A DNA stretch of 64,000 nt from Thermoanaerobaculia bacterium (GTDB lineage Bacteria > Acidobacteriota > Thermoanaerobaculia > Multivoradales > Multivoraceae), in the NCBI GenBank assembly GCA_035546295.1, contig DATKBT010000052.1:36032-100031 (forward strand), read 5' to 3'. The stretch's first letter is position 1, and every line of letters starts with the position of its first letter. The notes beneath the pieces are model-generated. The model was not told the origin of the DNA and did not search any database. It worked only from the letters and a program-made list of their open reading frames with translations. Made by a program: the position numbers and the translations under genes. This document shows, one piece after another, positions 58,756-64,000 of the stretch.

Positions 58756-60060
58756 TCAGAGCTGCGACTTGATCGGCAGGATGAGCGTTTCGGCGATCCG
58801 CTCCCTGAGTGGCCGGGCCTGCCACATCGCGTAGCTGAACCCGGTGGCGTCGCGGAGGTCCAGCTCGAACACGGCGGTCATCTGCTCGGCGAAGCCCACG
58901 TCGAACACATTGAGACTGGCTTCGTCGTTGAGCCGAAACGAGCGGTAGTCGAAGTTGGTCGAGCCCACCGAGACGAGCTCGGCGTCGACGACGAGCATCT
59001 TCGTGTGCAGCATCGTCGGCTGGTACAAATAGATCTCGACCCCCTCGCGCAGCAGCGGTCCCCACTCGCCCTTCGACGCGATGCGGACGCTCTCCGAGTC
59101 CATGTGCGGCCCCGGCAGGAGGACCCGCACGCGCACGCCGCGGCGCCGCGCTTCGATCAGCGCCTCGATCAGCAGCTCGTCCGGGACGAAGTAGGCCGCC
59201 GCGAGATCGATCGTCCTGGCGGCGGACGCCACCGCCATCAGATACATCAGGTGCATGCTCTCGCTGCCGCCAGCCGGGGAGGCCACGAACAATTGTGCCT
59301 GCATCGTGCCGGCCGGGAGGAGCTCGGGGAAGTACGCCGGCCCGCGCAGCACCTGGCCGGTGCTCTTCATCCAGTTGTCGTTGAAGGCGGCCTGGAACTG
59401 CGCCACGACTGTGCCCTCGACCCGGAAGTGCGAGTCTCTCCAGTGCTCCGGGTCCTCGGCCCGCCCGCCCCACTGGTCGGCGATCCCGACGCCACCGGTG
59501 AACGCGATGCGACCGTCCACGATCAGCAGTTTGCGGTGCGTGCGGTTGTTGAATCGCCCGAGGTTGTACCAGCGCAGCGGGCGATAGCGTTCGATCTCCA
59601 CGCCAGCCGCCGCCATCTCGTCCACCAGGGCCTGATCCAGCTTCACGCTGCCCGCCCAGTCGATCGTGACGTGCACCGGAACGCCCGCGCGCGCGCGTTC
59701 CGCGAGCGCCTCCGCGAACTCCTTGCCGATCGTACCGGACCAGTAGATGTACGTCTCGAATGTGACCGAGTGCCGGGCCGAGCGGATGGCCGCGAGCATC
59801 GCCGGGAAGATCTCCGCCCCGTTCTGAAGCGCGGTCACCTGATTGCCGTCGGTGATCGTCGGGCCGAGCATGACGGCCATCTCCCTGTGGAACTGGGGAT
59901 CGGCGACGGCGAAGCGGTGTTGGAGGTGGCGTGAGGCCGACTCGTCGGAGCGCCCGAGACTCATCGCCAGCATCACCACGATCGCGGTGATCAGGATCGA
60001 GAGTGCGACCCTCCAGGACGTGTGCTGCCGGATCATGGAAAGGAAGCTCCTTTCATCCAC
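58756..60060 (-). CDS. cls: Cardiolipin synthase (phospholipase D family, two HKD motifs)
   Basis: N-terminal TM region; HRKLLIVDGRIAFTGGVGI and HTKMLVVDAELVSVGSTNFDYRS HKD motifs. Confidence 0.85.
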   Translation of the reverse strand: MDERSFLSMIRQHTSWRVALSILITAIVVMLAMSLGRSDESASRHLQHRFAVADPQFHREMAVMLGPTITDGNQVTALQNGAEIFPAMLAAIRSARHSVTFETYIYWSGTIGKEFAEALAERARAGVPVHVTIDWAGSVKLDQALVDEMAAAGVEIERYRPLRWYNLGRFNNRTHRKLLIVDGRIAFTGGVGIADQWGGRAEDPEHWRDSHFRVEGTVVAQFQAAFNDNWMKSTGQVLRGPAYFPELLPAGTMQAQLFVASPAGGSESMHLMYLMAVASAARTIDLAAAYFVPDELLIEALIEARRRGVRVRVLLPGPHMDSESVRIASKGEWGPLLREGVEIYLYQPTMLHTKMLVVDAELVSVGSTNFDYRSFRLNDEASLNVFDVGFAEQMTAVFELDLRDATGFSYAMWQARPLRERIAETLILPIKSQL

Positions 60061-60782
60061 CTCGAAGGCACCACGTCCATCATCGCTCGAACCTTGGCCG
60101 TATACGCCCCCTGAATCGGCTCGAGGATGCGGCCGCGGGTCGTCTGGTCGCGCAGCCGGTAGATTACGCTACGGAGGCACTCAGGACTTGCCTCTCGTCT
60201 GTGGTCGAGGGGCCTCTGCGCGCATCGTGATCAGCCCGCGAGCCCTGGGAACGGTCTCGACCCGGACGTCTTCGGTGCCGTGCCAGCAGAGCACATCCAT
60301 CCTCCAGTCCTCTCGCTCATCCGCCATCGCGGTGGCGGTGCGGTGATGCGCTCGAGCTCAGACCTTTAGGTGGATCGCTCGAGCGATCCCAGTTGCGATG
60401 GCGTCCAAGCGCCGGCAACAAAGTCGTCGAGCTCGCGCGTCAGAGCCCAGTCGTCGCCACCGTCTGCAGGAACGCCGGCGTTCGCCTGTTTCTCGCCGCC
60501 CCCAATGAGAAGGATCGGCTTGCAATGGCGGTACTGCTCGGTCACAAGCTCGCGAGCTTGGCCCACGGGGCGGCTTGGCCATGCTCTCTCCTTGACCTGA
60601 GACGCGCCGGTGGCGTCTCAGGCGCTCCGCAGGAGTCCTGCCGAGCCGCCACCGGGCGGGTTGAGGAGTGTGGCGGCCATGCCGCCGCACGCCGATCGCT
60701 CGCGCCGGCAGCCACTCGAAGGCTGGTCGGCGCTAGTCGACCAGTCGCGCTCGCTATTCGGGGTTGCGGGCGGCCGATCGAA

Positions 60783-61322
60783 CTAGCGACCGTCGTTGTC
60801 GGAGTCGCCCGGCACGAGCTTCTCGACGCGGTTCCAGGCGTCCCGCGTCGCCGCCTTCGCCTGGTCCCACGAAGACTCGCTCTGCCGGCTCGGCCAACCC
60901 TTGGCCAGATCGGTCTCGACCTCGCTCCACTCGCGCCCCGGGTGCGCGGCCCGCGACTCCCAGCCGTAGCGATACGCTTCCTGGTAGTCCGTGTAGGGCC
61001 GAGTGCGATCGACATAGGGCCGTGAGCGGTAGTTCGTCTCCCAGTAGGTGTTCTCCAGCGTGGGGTTCACGGCCTCGCCGACGCCGTGTCCCGCGGCGCC
61101 GCCGGCCACGCCACCGATCGCCGCCCCGATCACGGCGCCCACCGGGCCGCCGACCACCGCACCCGCCGCCGCGCCGGCAACCGCGCCGCCGGTGGCGCCG
61201 ATCCCCGTCCCGACCGGGTGCGAGCCATGCGCGCCGGTGAGCGGGTCGGCATTGACCTCTTTGGCGATTTCCTTCTCGACGTCCTCTTGGGTTTCCTTCT
61301 CGAGGATCGCGGTGTCTTTCAT
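60783..61322 (-). CDS. Hypothetical protein with central glycine-zipper segment and Tyr/Trp-rich C-terminus
   Basis: [41 protein letters not shown], then [29 protein letters not shown]. Confidence 0.45.
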   Translation of the reverse strand: MKDTAILEKETQEDVEKEIAKEVNADPLTGAHGSHPVGTGIGATGGAVAGAAAGAVVGGPVGAVIGAAIGGVAGGAAGHGVGEAVNPTLENTYWETNYRSRPYVDRTRPYTDYQEAYRYGWESRAAHPGREWSEVETDLAKGWPSRQSESSWDQAKAATRDAWNRVEKLVPGDSDNDGR

Positions 61323-61844
61323 TTGAAGCCTCCCCTGCGAGAGCGTCTCGTTCGCGCGGAATTGCGGGGTGAGGGACGATCTACCGCAGGAGCCCAGAGT
61401 AAACGCCAGGCCAGTCCACGAGAAGCGCACTTTCTACGCACGACGCCGACCCGCCTAGGTAGAAAGCACGTCGCGGCGTCGGCGCGCGAGGAGTCGGCAC
61501 AGGCACGGTTTCGTACCCGACGAAGCGATGCGGTCGGATCGCGCCGAGCCGGCCTGCAGCAGGATGTCGTCCTTCACGCCGTGACGCTTGCCACCGACTC
61601 GGCGAAGGGTCTCGGCGAGCTCGCCGGCGGGATCGGCTCGTGGAGGCCTGCGTCTTCGACCAGGTGATCGACCGCGCGACCAACGCTGCGGGCGGCGGGC
61701 GTGGTGCCGGGCGGCGGGCGTGGTGCCAGGCATCTCGCTGAGCGACCTCCTCCAACGAGGTCCTTTACCTTCTTCCACCTTCTTCCAGAGCACGTCGACG
61801 GACCCGTGTGAGAGACTAGCGCCTGTTCCACTGGAGGTGATGGG

Positions 61845-64000
61845 ATGACCCTTGGAAGATTCTTGCCGATTGCGTGGGCGGTCCTCGGGATCGCCGGGAG
61901 CGCGCTGGCATCAGAGGCCCCGGATACGGTTTCGCCCGGAGACGCTTCGAAGCTGGTGCGCATTGGGGACGCCTGCCCCACGTTCAACTGGAGCGCGATG
62001 GAGGGGGCGCGGTCGTACGAGCTGGTCGTCTACAGGATCGGAGACGGGAAGGTCGAAGACCGCGCGGTCCTGACCAAGATCCTTCCGGGCGGCGCGCTGG
62101 GGTGGACGCCGCCGCTCGACGATTGCCTCGAGCCGGGAGGCCGATACGCCTGGAGCGTACGCGCCACGGGGCGCGGGGTGGGTCAGAGTGCCGTGTCGGA
62201 GTGGTCGGCTCTCCGCCTTTTCCAGGTGGCCTCGGCACCCACGACGGACGAGTTCGAGGCCGCTCTGGAGACGGTGCGCGCATACCTCGAGTTTCGGGGC
62301 GAGCGGCTCGCGGCGCCCGACGACCTCGGGGCGCGGTCGGAAGGCGGCTCGGCGAGAAGCGAGCGCCGGGAGCCCGCTCGGGGTGGCGTGGCATCGACCA
62401 AGCTCAGCGTCGACGGCGGGGTCGCCGCGACGTCGTTCGCGGGAGACGGCGCGGCCATCACCGGTCTCGACCCGGCGAACCTCGCGGCTGGCACGGCGGG
62501 CATCGACGTCTCCGGCACCGCCTCGAACGTGACCGGCACGGTCGCGATCGCCCACGGTGGAACGGGCGCCACGGATGCGGCAGGCGCGCGTGCCGCCCTG
62601 GGGGTGGCCGCCGGGCCCCATACGATGAACAGCACCTGCGACGGCGCGGCCTGCGACGGCACGAGCTTCGCCAACGTCACGGCCGTCGCGGGAGATTCGG
62701 CGACCGGATTCTTCTCGGAGGGGAAGATCGAAGAGGCGCGGATCGCCGACGAGATCGCGCGAGACGGCGAGCTGAACGCCATCGCGCTCTGTGCCGGTCT
62801 GTTTCCTGCGAAGGGACGGAGGTATCTCGACTTGGGAGACGGTACCGTCCTCGACTGCGGCTCGAAGCTCCTCTGGCTGAAGAACGCGAGCTGTTCCGAG
62901 CTGGCGGGGACGGATCCCGAGGGCCGCGGCAACTACTCCGTGGCGCGTGACGCCGCGGCGGCGCTCGCGGACGGCGTTTGCGGCCTGACCGACGGCTCGT
63001 CGGCGGGGGACTGGACCCTGCCGTCGGCCGAGCAGCTCTGCAGTGCCTGGTCCGGCTCGGATCTGACGCCGTGCCCGGAGGCCGCCGCCGCCGACAGCCT
63101 GATCGACTCCTCGGTCACCGGCAGGGACGTGCCGAAGGTGGCGAACACCCTGGGCGACGGAGCCTGGTCGGAAGGAGATCCGTTCCTCGGGGTCCAGCCG
63201 ACGAGGTACTGGTCCGGGACCGCCGACATCACGTCGGGCTGGTACGGAGACCTCGAAGTCGGAAGCGTGCGGAGCACGACGAACAGCGCGGACGACTATT
63301 ACGTCTGGCCGGTTCGAAACGTCCCGTTTTCGAGTGGTGTCGACGCGGAGGACATCGTGGGGGTGGTGCCCATCGAGAAGGGCGGCACCGGGGCCAGCGA
63401 TGCCGTTTCCGCCCGTTTCAACCTGGGAGTGGTGTCCGGCCCGCACACCGTCGACACCACATGCAACGGAGCGGCCTGCGACGGCACGAGCTTCTCCAAC
63501 GTGATCGCCGCAGCGGGCGATTCGGCCACCGGGTTCTTCGCCGCGGGCCGGGTCGAAGAGGCCCGGATCGCGGAGGAGATCACCCGCGACGCCGAGCTCC
63601 TGGGAAGTAGCCCGGCGGCGGCCCAGCTCCTTCTCTGCGCGACCCGGAACCGTGGCGGCTGGCGCTACTGGGACCTGGGCGACGGGACGGTTCTCGACTG
63701 CAACACGGGGACGATCTGGCTGAAGGATGCGGGCTGTCTCGGAACCGGGACCTGGAGCTCTACGGCCGTCGCCGGTTCCGTCCAAGAGAAAGTGGCCGGC
63801 CTCAACGGCGGGACGGACTTCGGCTGCCAGGACTACAAGGCTGGAACCTACACGGACTGGCGGCTGCCGGAGATCTCGGATATCTGCAGCGCCGGGGCTG
63901 TCGAGCAACAGTGTCCAGCTGCGAACGCTCCGGACAGCCTGATCGACAGCTCGGTGGGAATTCCCAAGGTGGTGAACTCGACAGGCACAGGGACCTGGAC
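61845..64000 (+). CDS. Large secreted repeat protein with phage-tail-fibre-like repeats and DUF1566 (Lcl C-terminal-like) modules; 3-prime partial, continues beyond window
   Basis: ATG at 61845 with GGAGGTG 7 nt upstream. Frame 0 is open to the window end, so it is not in the ORF track. Signal peptide MTLGRFLPIAWAVLGIAGSALA. Two ~300-aa repeats each containing (H/K)GGTGA(T/S)DA...AR..LGV and W(T/R)LPS/E...C motifs. Confidence 0.65.
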   Translation, partial: MTLGRFLPIAWAVLGIAGSALASEAPDTVSPGDASKLVRIGDACPTFNWSAMEGARSYELVVYRIGDGKVEDRAVLTKILPGGALGWTPPLDDCLEPGGRYAWSVRATGRGVGQSAVSEWSALRLFQVASAPTTDEFEAALETVRAYLEFRGERLAAPDDLGARSEGGSARSERREPARGGVASTKLSVDGGVAATSFAGDGAAITGLDPANLAAGTAGIDVSGTASNVTGTVAIAHGGTGATDAAGARAALGVAAGPHTMNSTCDGAACDGTSFANVTAVAGDSATGFFSEGKIEEARIADEIARDGELNAIALCAGLFPAKGRRYLDLGDGTVLDCGSKLLWLKNASCSELAGTDPEGRGNYSVARDAAAALADGVCGLTDGSSAGDWTLPSAEQLCSAWSGSDLTPCPEAAAADSLIDSSVTGRDVPKVANTLGDGAWSEGDPFLGVQPTRYWSGTADITSGWYGDLEVGSVRSTTNSADDYYVWPVRNVPFSSGVDAEDIVGVVPIEKGGTGASDAVSARFNLGVVSGPHTVDTTCNGAACDGTSFSNVIAAAGDSATGFFAAGRVEEARIAEEITRDAELLGSSPAAAQLLLCATRNRGGWRYWDLGDGTVLDCNTGTIWLKDAGCLGTGTWSSTAVAGSVQEKVAGLNGGTDFGCQDYKAGTYTDWRLPEISDICSAGAVEQQCPAANAPDSLIDSSVGIPKVVNSTGTGTW

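Noticed and set aside
60366-60566. 66-aa minus-strand ORF MGQARELVTEQYRHCKPILLIGGGEKQ...
   Set aside because: Too short, with no start context or recognisable family. Kept only as a possible gene remnant in the long intergenic region.

Overview
High-GC (~70%) chromosomal segment, most consistent with an Acidobacteriota-like soil bacterium; the PadR regulator plus ADOP-type FtsX permease pair, the ECF sigma/anti-sigma genes and the Ser/Thr kinase with TPR repeats point that way. I call about 55 protein-coding genes. I found no rRNA, tRNA, CRISPR array or transposase. Highlights: (1) a complete ask-ectABCD ectoine/hydroxyectoine biosynthesis operon joined co-directionally to a four-gene Ehu-like polar-amino-acid ABC importer. 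(2) A LuxE-like/LuxC-like acyl-activating and acyl-reducing pair sitting between a membrane AlkP-family phosphodiesterase, a sulfotransferase, alpha/beta hydrolases and a GNAT; this is a candidate lipid-modification locus. (3) An ECF sigma operon whose anti-sigma factor is fused to an intact O6-alkylguanine-DNA alkyltransferase (PCHRV) domain, followed by a PP2C phosphatase. (4) A ~220-nt intergenic repeat built from long perfect stems, present in three copies: one full, one carrying a 60-nt hairpin insertion, one truncated. Each copy lies at a gene end next to a decayed or disrupted gene. (5) Apparent frameshifts in a BNR/sortilin-like gene and a DUF885 gene, an orphan YoeB-type toxin, a tandem RNase H protein start/stop-overlapped with prfC, and a 3-prime-partial large secreted protein with phage-tail-fibre repeats and DUF1566 modules at the window end. 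All calls come from reading the sequence and the ORF track; no database search was run. Exact start codons are approximate in several genes.
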